Under the pieces are notes generated by a model. It was not told the DNA's origin and did no database searches. It worked only from the letters and a program-made list of their open reading frames with translations. 64,000 nt of DNA from Macrostomum lignano (Eukaryota): NCBI GenBank assembly GCA_002269645.1, contig NIVC01003729.1:1-64000 (forward strand), written 5' to 3'. Shown in pieces: positions 1 to 15,000 of the stretch (positions are counted from its first letter, which is position 1; the number at the start of each line of letters is the position of its first letter). A program made the translations under genes and the position numbers.

Positions 1-3000
1 TTATCTACAAAGAGTCCGTAGAGTGCCAGCTTAACTGCAGGTGTCTGTAGGTTTAACTGCAGGTGTCTGTAGAGTGTTTAACTGCAGGTGTCTGTAGAGT
101 GTTTAACTGCAGTGTCTGTAGAGTGTTAACTGCCAGGTGTCTGTAGAGTGCTTAACTGCAGGTGTCTGTAGAGTGTTTTAACTGCAGGTGTCTGTAGAGT
201 GCTTAACTGCAGGTGTCTGTTAGAGTGCTTAACTGCAGGTGTCTGTAGAGTTTAACTGCAGGTGTCTGTAGAGTGCTAACTGCAGGTGTCTGTAGAGTGC
301 TTAACTGCAGGTGTCTGTAGAGTGCTTAACTGCAGGTGTCTTGTAGAGTGTTAACTGCAGGTGTCTGTAGAGTGCTTAACTGCAGGTGTCTGTAGAGTGC
401 TTTAACTGCAGGTGTCTGTAGGAGTGCTTAACTGCAGGTTGTCTGTAGATGTTTAACTGCAGGTGTCTGTAGAGTGCTTAACTGCAGGTGTCTGTAGAGT
501 GCTTAACTGCAGGTGTTCTGTAGATTTAACTGCAGGTGTCTGTAGAGTGCTTAACTGCAGGTGTCTGTAGAGTGCTTAACTGCAAGTGTCTGTAGAGTGC
601 TTAACTGCAGGTGTCTGTAGAGTGCTAACTGCAGGTGTCTGTAGAGTGTTTAACTGCAGGTGTCCTGTAGAGTGCTTAACTGCAGGTGTCTGTAGAGTGT
701 TTAACTGCCTTGTCAGAGTGCTTAATCTACAAGTCTGTAGAGTGCTTAACTGCAGGTGTCTGTAGAGTGCTTTAACTGCAGGTGTCTGTAGAGTGCTTAA
801 ACTGCAGGTGTCTGTAGAGTGCTTAACTACAGGTGTCTGTAGAGTGCTTAACTGCAGGTGTCTGTAGAGTGTTTAACTGCAGGTGTCTGTAGAGTGCTTA
901 ACTGCAGGTGTCTGTAGAGTGCTTAACTGCAGTGTCTGTAGAGTTTTAACTGCAGGTGTCTGTAGAGTGCTTAACTGCAGGTGTCTGTAGAGTGCTTAAC
1001 TGCAAGTGTCTGTAGAGTGCTTAACTGGCAGTGTCTGTAGAGTGTTTAACTGCAAGTGTCTGTAGAGTGCTTAACTGCCTGTCAGAGTGCTTATCTACAA
1101 AGAGTCCGTAGAGTGCCAGCTTTAACTGCAGGTGTCTGTAGAGTGTTTAACTGCAGGTGTCTGTAGAGTGTGTTTAACTGCAGGTGTCTGTAGAGTGCTT
1201 AACTGCAGGTGTCTGTAGAGTGTTTAACTGCCTGTCAGAGTGCTTATCTACAAAGAGTCCGTAGAGTGCCAGCTTAACTGCAGGTGTCTGTAGAGTGTTT
1301 AACTGCAGGTGTCTGTAGAGTGTTTAACTGCAGGTGTCTGTAGAGTGTTAACTGCAGGTGTCTGTAGAGTGTTTAACTGCAGGTGTCTGTAGAGTGCTTA
1401 ACTGCAAGTGTCTGTAGAGTGTTTAACTGCAGTGTCTGTAGAGTGTTTAACTGCAGGTGTCTGTAGAGTGCTTAACTGCAGGTGTCTGTAGAGTGTTTAA
1501 CTGCAGGTGTCTGTAGAGTGTTTAACTGCAGGTGTCTGTAGAGTGTTTAACTGCAAGTGTCTGTAGAGTGTTTAACTGCAGGTGTCTGTAGAGTGCTTAA
1601 CTGCAGGTGTCTGTAGAGTGCTTAACTGCAGGTGTCTGTAGAGTGTTTCACTGCATGTGTCTGTAGAGTGTTTAACTGCAGGTGTCTGTAGAGTGCTTAA
1701 CTGCAGGTGTCTGTAGAGTGCTTAACTGCAGGTGTCTGTAGAGTGCTTAACTGCAGGTGTCTGTAGAGTTTAACTGCAGGTGTCTGTAGAGTGCTTAACT
1801 GCAGGTGTCTGTAGAGTGCTTAACTGCAGGTGTCTGTAGAGTGCTTAACTGCAGGTGTCTGTAGAGTGCTTAACTGCAGTGTCTGTAGAGTGTTTAACTG
1901 CCTGTCAGAGTGCTTATCTACAAAGAGTCCGTAGAGTGCAGCTTAACTGCAGGTGTCTGTAGAGTGTTTAACTGCAGGTGTCTGTAGAGTGTTAACTGCA
2001 GGTGTCTGTAGAGTGCTTAACTGCAGGTGTCTGTAGAGTGTTTAACTGCCTGTCAGAGTGCTTATCTACAAAGAGTCCGTAGAGTGCCAGCTTAACTGCA
2101 GGTGTCTGTAGAGTGTTTAACTGCAGGTGTCTGTAGAGTGCTTAACTACAGGTGTCTGTAGAGTGCTTAACTGCAGGTGTCTGTAGAGTGTTTAACTGCA
2201 GGTGTCTGTAGAGTGCTTAACTACAGGTGTCTGTAGAGTGCTTAACTGCAGGTGTCTGTAGAGTGTTTAACTGCAGGTGTCTGTAGAGTGCTTAACTGCA
2301 GGTGTCTGTAGAGTGCTTAACTGCAGGTGTCTGTAGAGTTTAACTGCAGGTGTCTGTAGAGTGCTTAACTGCAGGTGTCTGTAGAGTGCTTAACTGCAGT
2401 GTCTGTAGAGTGCTTAACTGCAGTGTCTGTAGAGTGTTTAACTGCAGGTGTCTGTAGAGTGTTTAACTGCAGGTGTCTGTAGAGTGCTTAACTGCAGTGT
2501 CTGTAGAGTGTTAACTGCAGTGTCTGTAGAGTGTTTAACTGCCTGTCAGAGTGCTTATCTACAAAGAGTCCGTAGAGTGCCAGCTTAACTGCAGGTGTCT
2601 GTAGAGTGTTTAACTGCAGGTGTCTGTAGAGTGTTAACTGCAGGTGTCTGTAGAGTGCTTAACTGCAGGTGTCTGTAGAGTGTTTAACTGCAGGTGTCTG
2701 TAGAGTGCTTAACTACAGGTGTCTGTAGAGTGCTTAACTGCAGGTGTCTGTAGAGTGTTTAACTGCAGGTGTCTGTAGAGTGCTTAACTGCAGGTGTCTG
2801 TAGAGTGCTTAACTGCAGGTGTCTGTAGAGTGTTTAACTGCAGGTGTCTGTAGAGTGCTTAACTACAGGTGTCTGTAGAGTGCTTAACTGCAGGTGTCTG
2901 TAGAGTGTTTAACTGCCTGTCAGAGTGCTTATCTACAAAGAGTCCGTAGAGTGCTTAACTGCAGGTGTCTGTAGAGTGTTTAACTGCAGGTGTCTGTAGA

Positions 3001-6000
3001 GTGCTTAACTGCAGGTGTCTGTAGAGTGCTTAACTGCAGGTGTCTGTAGAGTGTTTAACTGCAGGTGTCTGTAGAGTGCTTAACTACAGGTGTCTGTAGA
3101 GTGCTTAACTGCAGGTGTCTGTAGAGTGTTTAACTGCAGTGTCTGTAGAGTGTTTAACTGCAGTGTCTGTAGAGTGCTTAACTGCAGGTGTCTGTAGAGT
3201 GTTAACTGCAGTGTCTGTAGAGTGTTTAACTGCAGGTGTCTGTAGAGTGCTTAACTGCAGGTGTCTGTAGAGTGCTTAACTGCAGGTGTCTGTAGAGTGT
3301 TTAACTGCAGGTGTCTGTAGAGTGTTAACTGCAGGTGTCTGTAGAGTGCTTAACTGCAGGTGTCTGTAGAGTGCTTAACTGCAGGTGTCTGTAGAGTGCT
3401 TAACTGCAGGTGTCTGTAGAGTGCTTAACTGCAGGTGTCTGTAGAGTTTAACTGCAGGTGTCTGTAGAGTGTTAACTGCAGGTGTCTGTAGAGTGCTTAA
3501 CTGCAGGTGTCTGTAGAGTGCTTAACTGCAGTGTCTGTAGAGTGCTTAACTGCAGGTGTCTGTAGAGTGTTTAACTGCAGGTGTCTGTAGAGTGCTTAAC
3601 TGCAGGTGTCTGTAGAGTGCTTAACTGCCTGTCAGAGTGCTTATCTACAGAGTCTGTAGAGTGCTTAACTGCAGGTGTCTGTAGAGTGCTTAACTGCAGG
3701 TGTCTGTAGAGTGTTTAACTGCAGGTGTCTGTAGAGTGCTTAACTGCAGGTGTCTGTAGAGTGCTTAACTGCAGTGTCTGTAGAGTGTTTAACTGCAGTG
3801 TCTGTAGAGTGTTTAACTGCAGGTGTCTGTAGAGTGCTTAACTGCAGGTGTCTGTAGAGTGTTTAACTGCAGTGTCTGTAGAGTGTTAACTGCAGTGTCT
3901 GTAGAGTGCTTAACTGCAGGTGTCTGTAGAGTGTTTAACTGCAGTGTCTGTAGAGTGTTTAACTGCAGGTGTCTGTAGAGTGCTTAACTGCAGGTGTCTG
4001 TAGAGTGCTTAACTGCAGTGTCTGTAGAGTGTTTAACTGCAGTGTCTGTAGAGTGTTTAACTGCAGGTGTCTGTAGAGTGCTTAACTGCAGGTGTCTGTA
4101 GAGTGCTAACTGCAGGTGTCTGTAGAGTGCTTAACTGCAGGTGTCTGTAGAGTTTAACTGCAGGTGTCTGTAGAGTGCTTAACTGCAGGTGTCTGTAGAG
4201 TGCTTAACTGCAGGTGTCTGTAGAGTGCTTAACTGCAGGTGTCTGTAGAGTGTTTAACTGCAGGTGTCTGTAGAGTGTTTAACTGCCTGTCAGAGTGCTT
4301 ATCTACAAAGAGTCTGTAGAGTGCGCTTAACTGCAGGTGTCTGTAGAGTGTTTAACTGCAGGTGTCTGTAGAGTGTTTAACTGCAGGTGTCTGTAGAGTG
4401 CTTAACTGCAGGTGTCTGTAGAGTGTTTAACTGCCTGTCAGAGTGCTTATCTACAGAGTCCGTAGAGTGGCTTAACTGCAGGTGTCTGTAGAGTGTTTAA
4501 CTGCAGGTGTCTGTAGAGTGCTTAACTACAGGTGTCTGTAGAGTGCTTAACTGCAGGTGTCTGTAGAGTGTTTAACTGCAGGTGTCTGTAGAGTGCTTAA
4601 CTACAGGTGTCTGTAGAGTGCTTAACTGCAGGTGTCTGTAGAGTGTTTAACTGCAGGTGTCTGTAGAGTGCTTAACTGCAGGTGTCTGTAGAGTGCTTAA
4701 CTGCAGGTGTCTGTAGAGTTTAACTGCAGGTGTCTGTAGAGTGCTTAACTGCAGGTGTCTGTAGAGTGCTTAACTGCAGTGTCTGTAGAGTGCTTAACTG
4801 CAGTGTCTGTAGAGTGTTTAACTGCAGGTGTCTGTAGAGTGCTTAACTGCAGGTGTCTGTAGAGTGTTTAACTGCAAGTGTCTGTAGAGTGTTTAACTGC
4901 CTGTCAGAGTGCTTATCTACAAAGAGTCCGTAGAGTGCTTAACTGCAGGTGTCTGTAGAGTGTTTAACTGCAGGTGTCTGTAGAGTGTTTAACTGCAGGT
5001 GTCTGTAGAGTGCTTAACTGCAGGTGTCTGTAGAGTGTTTAACTGCCTGTCAGAGTGCTTATCTACAAAGAGTCGTAGAGTGCTTAACTGCAGGTGTCTG
5101 TAGAGTGTTTAACTGCAGGTGTCTGTAGAGTGCTTAACTACAGGTGTCTGTAGAGTGCTTAACTGCAGGTGTCTGTAGAGTGTTTAACTGCAGGTGTCTG
5201 TAGAGTGCTTAACTACAGGTGTCTGTAGAGTGCTTAACTGCAGTGTCTGTAGAGTGTTAACTGCAGGTGTCTGTAGAGTGCTTAACTGCAGGTGTCTGTA
5301 GAGTGCTTAACTGCAGGTGTCTGTAGAGTGTTTAACTGCCTGTCAGAGTGCTTATCTACAAAGAGTCGTAGAGTGCTTAACTGCAGGTGTCTGTAGAGTG
5401 TTTAACTGCAGGTGTCTGTAGAGTGCTTAACTACAGGTGTCTGTAGAGTGCTTAACTGCAGGTGTCTGTAGAGTGTTTAACTGCAGGTGTCTGTAGAGTG
5501 CTTAACTACAGGTGTCTGTAGAGTGCTTAACTGCAGGTGTCTGTAGAGTGTTAACTGCAGTGTCTGTAGAGTGTTTAACTGCAGTGTCTGTAGAGTGTTA
5601 ACTGCAGGTGTCTGTAGAGTGTTTAACTGCAGGTGTCTGTAGAGTGCTTAACTGCAGGTGTCTGTAGAGTGCTTAACTGCAGGTGTCTGTAGAGTGCTTA
5701 ACTGCAGGTGTCTGTAGAGTGTTTAACTGCAGGTGTCTGTAGAGTGTTTAACTGCAGGTGTCTGTAGAGTGCTTAACTGCAGGTGTCTGTAGAGTGCTTA
5801 ACTGCAGGTGTCTGTAGAGTGCTTAACTGCAGGTGTCTGTAGAGTTTAACTGCAGGTGTCTGTAGAGTGCTTAACTGCAGGTGTCTGTAGAGTGCTTAAC
5901 TGCAGGTGTCTGTAGAGTGCTTAACTGCAGTGTCTGTAGAGTGTTTAACTGCAGTGTCTGTAGAGTGTTTAACTGCCTGTCAGAGTGCTTATCTACAAAG

Positions 6001-9000
6001 AGTCCGTAGAGTGCCAGCTTAACTGCAGGTGTCTGTAGAGTGTTTAACTGCAGGTGTCTGTAGAGTGCTTAACTGCAGGTGTCTGTAGAGTGCTTAACTG
6101 CAGGTGTCTGTAGAGTGTTTAACTGCAGGTGTCTGTAGAGTGCTTAACTGCAGGTGTCTGTAGAGTTTAACTGCAGGTGTCTGTAGAGTGCTTAACTGCA
6201 GGTGTCTGTAGAGTGCTTAACTGCAGTGTCTGTAGAGTGCTTAACTGCAGTGTCTGTAGAGTGTTTAACTGCAGGTGTCTGTAGAGTGTTTAACTGCCTG
6301 TCAGAGTGCTTATCTACAGAGTCGTAGAGTGCTTAACTGCAGGTGTCTGTAGAGTGTTTAACTGCAGGTGTCTGTAGAGTGTTTAACTGCAGGTGTCTGT
6401 AGAGTGCTTAACTGCAGGTGTCTGTAGAGTGTTTAACTGCTGTCAGAGTGCTTATCTACAAAGAGTCTAGAGTGCTTAACTGCAGGTGTCTGTAGAGTGT
6501 TTAACTGCAGGTGTCTGTAGAGTGCTTAACTACAGGTGTCTGTAGAGTGCTTAACTGCAGGTGTCTGTAGAGTGTTTAACTGCAGGTGTCTGTAGAGTGC
6601 TTAACTACAGGTGTCTGTAGAGTGCTTAACTGCAGTGTCTGTAGAGTGTTTAACTGCAGGTGTCTGTAGAGTGCTTAACTGCAGGTGTCTGTAGAGTGCT
6701 TAACTGCAGGTGTCTGTAGAGTGTTTAACTGCCTGTCAGAGTGCTTATCTACAGAGTCTAGAGTGCTTAACTGCAGGTGTCTGTAGAGTGTTTAACTGCA
6801 GGTGTCTGTAGAGTGCTTAACTGCAGGTGTCTGTAGAGTGCTTAACTGCAGGTGTCTGTAGAGTGTTTAACTGCAGGTGTCTGTAGAGTGCTTAACTGCA
6901 GGTGTCTGTAGAGTGCTTAACTGCCTGTCAGAGTGCTTATCTACAGAGTCCGTAGAGTGCTTAACTGCAGGTGTCTGTAGAGTGCTTAACTGCAGGTGTC
7001 TGTAGAGTTTAACTGCAGGTGTCTGTAGAGTGCTTAACTGCAGGTGTCTGTAGAGTTTAACTGCAGGTGTCTGTAGAGTGCTTAACTGCAGGTGTCTGTA
7101 GAGTGCTTAACTGCAGGTGTCTGTAGAGTGCTTAACTGCAGGTGTCTGTAGAGTGCTTAACTGCCTGTCAGAGTGCTTATCTACAAAGAGTCCGTAGAGT
7201 GCTTAACTGCAGGTGTCTGTAGAGTGTTTAACTGCAGGTGTCTGTAGAGTGCTTAACTGCAGGTGTCTGTAGAGTGCTTAACTGCAGGTGTCTGTAGAGT
7301 TTAACTGCAGGTGTCTGTAGAGTGCTTAACTGCAGGTGTCTGTAGAGTGCTTAACTGCAGGTGTCTGTAGAGTGCTTAACTGCAGGTGTCTGTAGAGTGC
7401 TTAACTGCAGGTGTCTGTAGAGTGCTTAACTGCAGGTGTCTGTAGAGTGCTTAACTGCAGGTGTCTGTAGAGTGCTTAACTGCAGGTGTCTGTAGAGTGT
7501 TAACTGCAGGTGTCTGTAGAGTGCTTAACTGCAGGTGTCTGTAGAGTGTTTAACTGCATGTGTCTGTAGAGTGTTTAACTGCAGGTGTCTGTAGAGTGTT
7601 TAACTGCAGGTGTCTGTAGAGTGCTTAACTGCAGGTGTCTGTAGAGTGCTTAACTGCAGGTGTCTGTAGAGTTTAACTGCAGGTGTCTGTAGAGTGCTTA
7701 ACTGCAGGTGTCTGTAGAGTGCTTAACTGCAGTGTCTGTAGAGTGCTTAACTGCAGTGTCTGTAGAGTGTTTAACTGCAGGTGTCTGTAGAGTGTTTAAC
7801 TGCAGGTGTCTGTAGAGTGTTTAACTGCAGGTGTCTGTAGAGTGCTTAACTGCAGGTGTCTGTAGAGTGTTTAACTGCAGGTGTCTGTAGAGTGTTTAAC
7901 TGCAGGTGTCTGTAGAGTGCTTAACTGCAGGTGTCTGTAGAGTGCTTAACTGCAGGTGTCTGTAGAGTGCTTAACTGCAGGTGTCTGTAGAGTGTTTAAC
8001 TGCAGGTGTCTGTAGAGTGCTTAACTGCAGGTGTCTGTAGAGTGCTTAACTGCAGGTGTCTGTAGAGTGCTTAACTGCAGGTGTCTGTAGAGTGCTTAAC
8101 TGCAGGTGTCTGTAGAGTGCTTAACTGCAGGTGTCTGTAGAGTGCTTAACTGCAGGTGTCTGTAGAGTGTTTAACTGCTGTCAGAGTGCTTATCTACAAA
8201 GAGTCCGTAGAGTGCTTAACTGCAGGTGTCTGTAGAGTGTTTAACTGCAGGTGTCTGTAGAGTGCTTAACTACAGGTGTCTGTAGAGTGCTTAACTGCAG
8301 GTGTCTGTAGAGTGTTTAACTGCAGGTGTCTGTAGAGTGCTTAACTGCAGGTGTCTGTAGAGTGCTTAACTGCAGGTGTCTGTAGAGTGTTTAACTGCAG
8401 TGTCTGTAGAGTGTTAACTGCAGTGTCTGTAGAGTGTTTAACTGCAGGTGTCTGTAGAGTGTTTAACTGCAGGTGTCTGTAGAGTGCTTAACTGCAGGTG
8501 TCTGTAGAGTGCTTAACTGCAGGTGTCTGTAGAGTGCTTAACTGCAGGTGTCTGTAGAGTGTTTAACTGCAGGTGTCTGTAGAGTGTTAACTGCAGGTGT
8601 CTGTAGAGTGCTTAACTGCAGGTGTCTGTAGAGTGCTTAACTGCAGGTGTCTGTAGAGTGCTTAACTGCAGGTGTCTGTAGAGTTTAACTGCAGGTGTCT
8701 GTAGAGTGCTTAACTGCAGGTGTCTGTAGAGTGCTTAACTGCAGGTGTCTGTAGAGTGCTTAACTGCAGGTGTCTGTAGAGTGTTTAACTGCAGGTGTCT
8801 GTAGAGTGTTTAACTGCCTGTCAGAGTGCTTATCTACAAAGAGTCCGTAGAGTGCTTAACTGCAGGTGTCTGTAGAGTGTTTAACTGCAGGTGTCTGTAG
8901 AGTGCTTAACTACAGGTGTCTGTAGAGTGCTTAACTGCAGGTGTCTGTAGAGTGTTTAACTGCAGGTGTCTGTAGAGTGCTTAACTACAGGTGTCTGTAG

Positions 9001-12000
9001 AGTGCTTAACTGCAGGTGTCTGTAGAGTGTTTAACTGCAGGTGTCTGTAGAGTGCTTAACTGCAGGTGTCTGTAGAGTGCTTAACTGCAGGTGTCTGTAG
9101 AGTTTAACTGCAGGTGTCTGTAGAGTGCTTAACTGCAGGTGTCTGTAGAGTGCTTAACTGCAGGTGTCTGTAGAGTGCTTAACTGCAGGTGTCTGTAGAG
9201 TGTTTAACTGCAGGTGTCTGTAGAGTGTTTAACTGCAGTGTCTGTAGAGTGCTTAACTGCAGGTGTCTGTAGAGTGTTAACTGCAGGTGTCTGTAGAGTG
9301 TTTAACTGCCTGTCAGAGTGCTTATCTACAAAGAGTCCGTAGAGTGCCAGCTTAACTGCAGGTGTCTGTAGAGTGTTTAACTGCAGGTGTCTGTAGAGTG
9401 TTTAACTGCAGGTGTCTGTAGAGTGCTTAACTGCAGGTGTCTGTAGAGTGTTTAACTGCCTGTCAGAGTGCTTATCTACAAAGAGTCTAGAGTGCTTAAC
9501 TGCAGGTGTCTGTAGAGTGTTTAACTGCAGGTGTCTGTAGAGTGCTTAACTACAGGTGTCTGTAGAGTGCTTAACTGCAGGTGTCTGTAGAGTGTTTAAC
9601 TGCAGGTGTCTGTAGAGTGCTTAACTACAGGTGTCTGTAGAGTGCTTAACTGCAGGTGTCTGTAGAGTGTTTAACTGCAGGTGTCTGTAGAGTGCTTAAC
9701 TACAGGTGTCTGTAGAGTGCTTAACTGCAGGTGTCTGTAGAGTGTTTAACTGCCTGTCAGAGTGCTTATCTACAAAGAGTCCGTAGAGTGCCAGCTTAAC
9801 TGCAGGTGTCTGTAGAGTGTTTAACTGCAGGTGTCTGTAGAGTGCTTAACTACAGGTGTCTGTAGAGTGCTTAACTGCAGGTGTCTGTAGAGTGTTTAAC
9901 TGCAGGTGTCTGTAGAGTGCTTAACTACAGGTGTCTGTAGAGTGCTTAACTGCAGGTGTCTGTAGAGTGTTTAACTGCAGGTGTCTGTAGAGTGCTTAAC
10001 TGCAGGTGTCTGTAGAGTGCTTAACTGCAGGTGTCTGTAGAGTGTTTAACTGCAGGTGTCTGTAGAGTGTTTAACTGCAGGTGTCTGTAGAGTGCTTAAC
10101 TGCAGGTGTCTGTAGAGTGCTTAACTGCAGGTGTCTGTAGAGTGTTTAACTGCAGGTGTCTGTAGAGTGCTTAACTGCAGGTGTCTGTAGAGTGCTTAAC
10201 TGCCTGTCAGAGTGCTTATCTACAAAGAGTCGTAGAGTGCTTAACTGCAGGTGTCTGTAGAGTGCTTAACTGCAGGTGTCTGTAGAGTTTAACTGCAGGT
10301 GTCTGTAGAGTGCTTAACTGCAGGTGTCTGTAGAGTTTAACTGCAGGTGTCTGTAGAGTGCTTAACTGCAGGTGTCTGTAGAGTGCTTAACTGCAGGTGT
10401 CTGTAGAGTGCTTAACTGCAGGTGTCTGTAGAGTGCTTAACTGCCTGTCAGAGTGCTTATCTACAAAGAGTCCGTAGAGTGCTTAACTGCAGGTGTCTGT
10501 AGAGTGTTTAACTGCAGGTGTCTGTAGAGTGCTTAACTGCAGGTGTCTGTAGAGTGCTTAACTGCAGGTGTCTGTAGAGTTTAACTGCAGGTGTCTGTAG
10601 AGTGCTTAACTGCAGGTGTCTGTAGAGTGCTTAACTGCAGTGTCTGTAGAGTGCTTAACTGCAGGTGTCTGTAGAGTGCTTAACTGCAGGTGTCTGTAGA
10701 GTGCTTAACTGCAGGTGTCTGTAGAGTGCTTAACTGCAGGTGTCTGTAGAGTGTTTAACTGCATGTGTCTGTAGAGTGTTTAACTGCAGGTGTCTGTAGA
10801 GTGCTTAACTGCAGGTGTCTGTAGAGTGTTAACTGCAGTGTCTGTAGAGTGTTTAACTGCAGGTGTCTGTAGAGTGTTTAACTGCAGGTGTCTGTAGAGT
10901 GCTTAACTGCAGTGTCTGTAGAGTGTTAACTGCAGGTGTCTGTAGAGTGCTTAACTGCAGGTGTCTGTAGAGTGTTAACTGCAGGTGTCTGTAGAGTGTT
11001 TAACTGCAGGTGTCTGTAGAGTGTTTAACTGCAGGTGTCTGTAGAGTGCTTAACTGCAGGTGTCTGTAGAGTGCTTAACTGCAGGTGTCTGTAGAGTGTT
11101 TAACTGCAGGTGTCTGTAGAGTGCTTAACTGCAGGTGTCTGTAGAGTTTAACTGCTGTCAGAGTGCTTATGAGTCGTAGAGTGCTTAACTGCAGGTGTCT
11201 GTAGAGTGTTTAACTGCAGGTGTCTGTAGAGTGTTTAACTGCAGGTGTCTGTAGAGTGCTTAACTGCAGGTGTCTGTAGAGTGCTTAACTGCAGTGTCTG
11301 TAGAGTGTTTAACTGCAGGTGTCTGTAGAGTGTTTAACTGCAGGTGTCTGTAGAGTGTTAACTGCAGGTGTCTGTAGAGTGCTTAACTGCAGGTGTCTGT
11401 AGAGTGTTTAACTGCATGTGTCTGTAGAGTGTTTAACTGCAGGTGTCTGTAGAGTGTTTAACTGCAGGTGTCTGTAGAGTGCTTAACTGCAGGTGTCTGT
11501 AGAGTGCTTAACTGCAGGTGTCTGTAGAGTGTTTAACTGCAGGTGTCTGTAGAGTGCTTAACTGCAGGTGTCTGTAGAGTGCTTAACTGCAGGTGTCTGT
11601 AGAGTGCTTAACTGCAGGTGTCTGTAGAGTGCTTAACTGCAGTGTCTGTAGAGTGTTTAACTGCAGGTGTCTGTAGAGTGTTTAACTGCAGGTGTCTGTA
11701 GAGTGCTTAACTGCAGGTGTCTGTAGAGTGCTTAACTGCAGGTGTCTGTAGAGTGTTAACTGCAGGTGTCTGTAGAGTGTTTAACTGCAGGTGTCTGTAG
11801 AGTGCTTAACTGCAGGTGTCTGTAGAGTGCTTAACTGCAGGTGTCTGTAGAGTGCTTAACTGCAGGTGTCTGTAGAGTGTTTAACTGCAGGTGTCTGTAG
11901 AGTGCTTAACTGCAGGTGTCTGTAGAGTGCTTAACTGCAGGTGTCTGTAGAGTGCTTAACTGCAGGTGTCTGTAGAGTGCTTAACTGCAGGTGTCTGTAG

Positions 12001-15000
12001 AGTGCTTAACTGCAGGTGTCTGTAGAGTGTTTAACTGCAGGTGTCTGTAGAGTGCTTAACTGCAGGTGTCTGTAGAGTGCTTAACTGCAGGTGTCTGTAG
12101 AGTGCTTAACTGCAGGTGTCTGTAGAGTGCTTAACTGCAGGTGTCTGTAGAGTGCTTAACTGCAGGTGTCTGTAGAGTGCTTAACTGCAGGTGTCTGTAG
12201 AGTGTTAACTGCAGGTGTCTGTAGAGTGTTTAACTGCAGGTGTCTGTAGAGTGCTTAACTGCAGGTGTCTGTAGAGTGCTTAACTGCAGGTGTCTGTAGA
12301 GTGTTTAACTGCAGGTGTCTGTAGAGTGCTTAACTACAGGTGTCTGTAGAGTGCTTAACTGCCTGTCAGAGTGCTTATCTGAGTCCGTAGAGTGCTTAAC
12401 TGCAGGTGTCTGTAGAGTGCTTAACTGCAGGTGTCTGTAGAGTGCTTAACTGCAGGTGTCTGTAGAGTGTTTAACTGCCTGTCAGAGTGCTTATCTACAG
12501 AGTCGTAGAGTGCTTAACTGCAGGTGTCTGTAGAGTGCTTAACTGCAGGTGTCTGTAGAGTGTTTAACTGCAGGTGTCTGTAGAGTGCTTAACTGCAGGT
12601 GTCTGTAGAGTGCTTAACTGCAGGTGTCTGTAGAGTGTTTAACTGCAGGTGTCTGTAGAGTGCTTAACTGCAGGTGTCTGTAGAGTGCTTAACTGCAGGT
12701 GTCTGTAGAGTGTTTAACTGCAGGTGTCTGTAGAGTGCTTAACTGCAGTGTCTGTAGAGTGCTTAACTGCAGTGTCTGTAGAGTGTTTAACTGCAGGTGT
12801 CTGTAGAGTGTTTAACTGCCTGTCAGAGTGCTTATCTACAGAGTCCGTAGAGTGCTTAACTGCAGGTGTCTGTAGAGTGTTTAACTGCAGGTGTCTGTAG
12901 AGTGTTAACTGCAGGTGTCTGTAGAGTGCTTAACTGCAGGTGTCTGTAGAGTGTTTAACTGCCTGTCAGAGTGCTTATCTACAGAGTCTAGAGTGCCAGC
13001 TTAACTGCAGGTGTCTGTAGAGTGTTTAACTGCAGGTGTCTGTAGAGTGCTTAACTACAGGTGTCTGTAGAGTGCTTAACTGCAGGTGTCTGTAGAGTGT
13101 TTAACTGCAGGTGTCTGTAGAGTGCTTAACTACAGGTGTCTGTAGAGTGCTTAACTGCAGGTGTCTGTAGAGTGTTTAACTGCAGGTGTCTGTAGAGTGC
13201 TTAACTACAGGTGTCTGTAGAGTGCTTAACTGCAGGTGTCTGTAGAGTGTTTAACTGCCTGTCAGAGTGCTTATCTACAGAGTCCGTAGAGTGCTTAACT
13301 GCAGGTGTCTGTAGAGTGTTTAACTGCAGGTGTCTGTAGAGTGCTTAACTACAGGTGTCTGTAGAGTGCTTAACTGCAGGTGTCTGTAGAGTGTTTAACT
13401 GCAGGTGTCTGTAGAGTGCTTAACTACAGGTGTCTGTAGAGTGCTTAACTGCAGGTGTCTGTAGAGTGCTTAACTGCAGGTGTCTGTAGAGTGCTTAACT
13501 GCAGGTGTCTGTAGAGTGCTTAACTGCAGGTGTCTGTAGAGTGTTTAACTGCAGGTGTCTGTAGAGTGTTAACTGCAGGTGTCTGTAGAGTGCTTAACTG
13601 CAGGTGTCTGTAGAGTGCTTAACTGCAGGTGTCTGTAGAGTGTTTAACTGCAGGTGTCTGTAGAGTGCTTAACTGCAGGTGTCTGTAGAGTGCTTAACTG
13701 CCTGTCAGAGTGCTTATCTACAGAGTCCGTAGAGTGCTTAACTGCAGGTGTCTGTAGAGTGCTTAACTGCAGGTGTCTGTAGAGTTTTAACTGCAGGTGT
13801 CTGTAGAGTGCTTAACTGCAGGTGTCTGTAGAGTGCTTAACTGCAGGTGTCTGTAGAGTGCTTAACTGCAGGTGTCTGTAGAGTGTTAACTGCAGGTGTC
13901 TGTAGAGTGCTTAACTGCAGGTGTCTGTAGAGTGCTTAACTGCCTGTCAGAGTGCTTAACTACAGGTCTGTAGAGTGCTTAACTGCAGGTGTCTGTAGAG
14001 TGTTTAACTGCAGGTGTCTGTAGAGTGCTTAACTGCAGGTGTCTGTAGAGTGCTTAACTGCAGGTGTCTGTAGAGTTTAACTGCAGGTGTCTGTAGAGTG
14101 CTTAACTGCAGGTGTCTGTAGAGTGCTTAACTGCAGGTGTCTGTAGAGTGCTTAACTGCAGGTGTCTGTAGAGTGCTTAACTGCAGTGTCTGTAGAGTGC
14201 TTAACTGCAGGTGTCTGTAGAGTGCTTAACTGCAGGTGTCTGTAGAGTGTTAACTGCAGGTGTCTGTAGAGTGTTAACTGCAGGTGTCTGTAGAGTGCTT
14301 AACTGCAGGTGTCTGTAGAGTGTTAACTGCAGGTGTCTGTAGAGTGTTTAACTGCAGGTGTCTGTAGAGTGTTTAACTGCAGGTGTCTGTAGAGTGCTTA
14401 ACTGCAGGTGTCTGTAGAGTGCTTAACTGCAGGTGTCTGTAGAGTTTAACTGCAGGTGTCTGTAGAGTGCTTAACTGCAGGTGTCTGTAGAGTGCTTAAC
14501 TGCAGTGTCTGTAGAGTGCTTAACTGCAGTGTCTGTAGAGTGTTTAACTGCAGTGTCTGTAGAGTGTTTAACTGCAGGTGTCTGTAGAGTGTTTAACTGC
14601 AGGTGTCTGTAGAGTGCTTAACTGCAGGTGTCTGTAGAGTGTTTAACTGCAGTGTCTGTAGAGTGTTTAACTGCAGGTGTCTGTAGAGTGCTTAACTGCA
14701 GGTGTCTGTAGAGTGCTTAACTGCAGGTGTCTGTAGAGTGCTTAACTGCAGGTGTCTGTAGAGTGTTTAACTGCAGGTGTCTGTAGAGTGCTTAACTGCA
14801 GGTGTCTGTAGAGTGCTTAACTGCAGGTGTCTGTAGAGTGCTTAACTGCAGGTGTCTGTAGAGTGCTTAACTGCAGGTGTCTGTAGAGTGCTTAACTGCA
14901 GGTGTCTGTAGAGTGTTTAACTGCAGGTGTCTGTAGAGTGCTTAACTGCAGGTGTCTGTAGAGTGCTTAACTGCAGGTGTCTGTAGAGTGCTTAACTGCA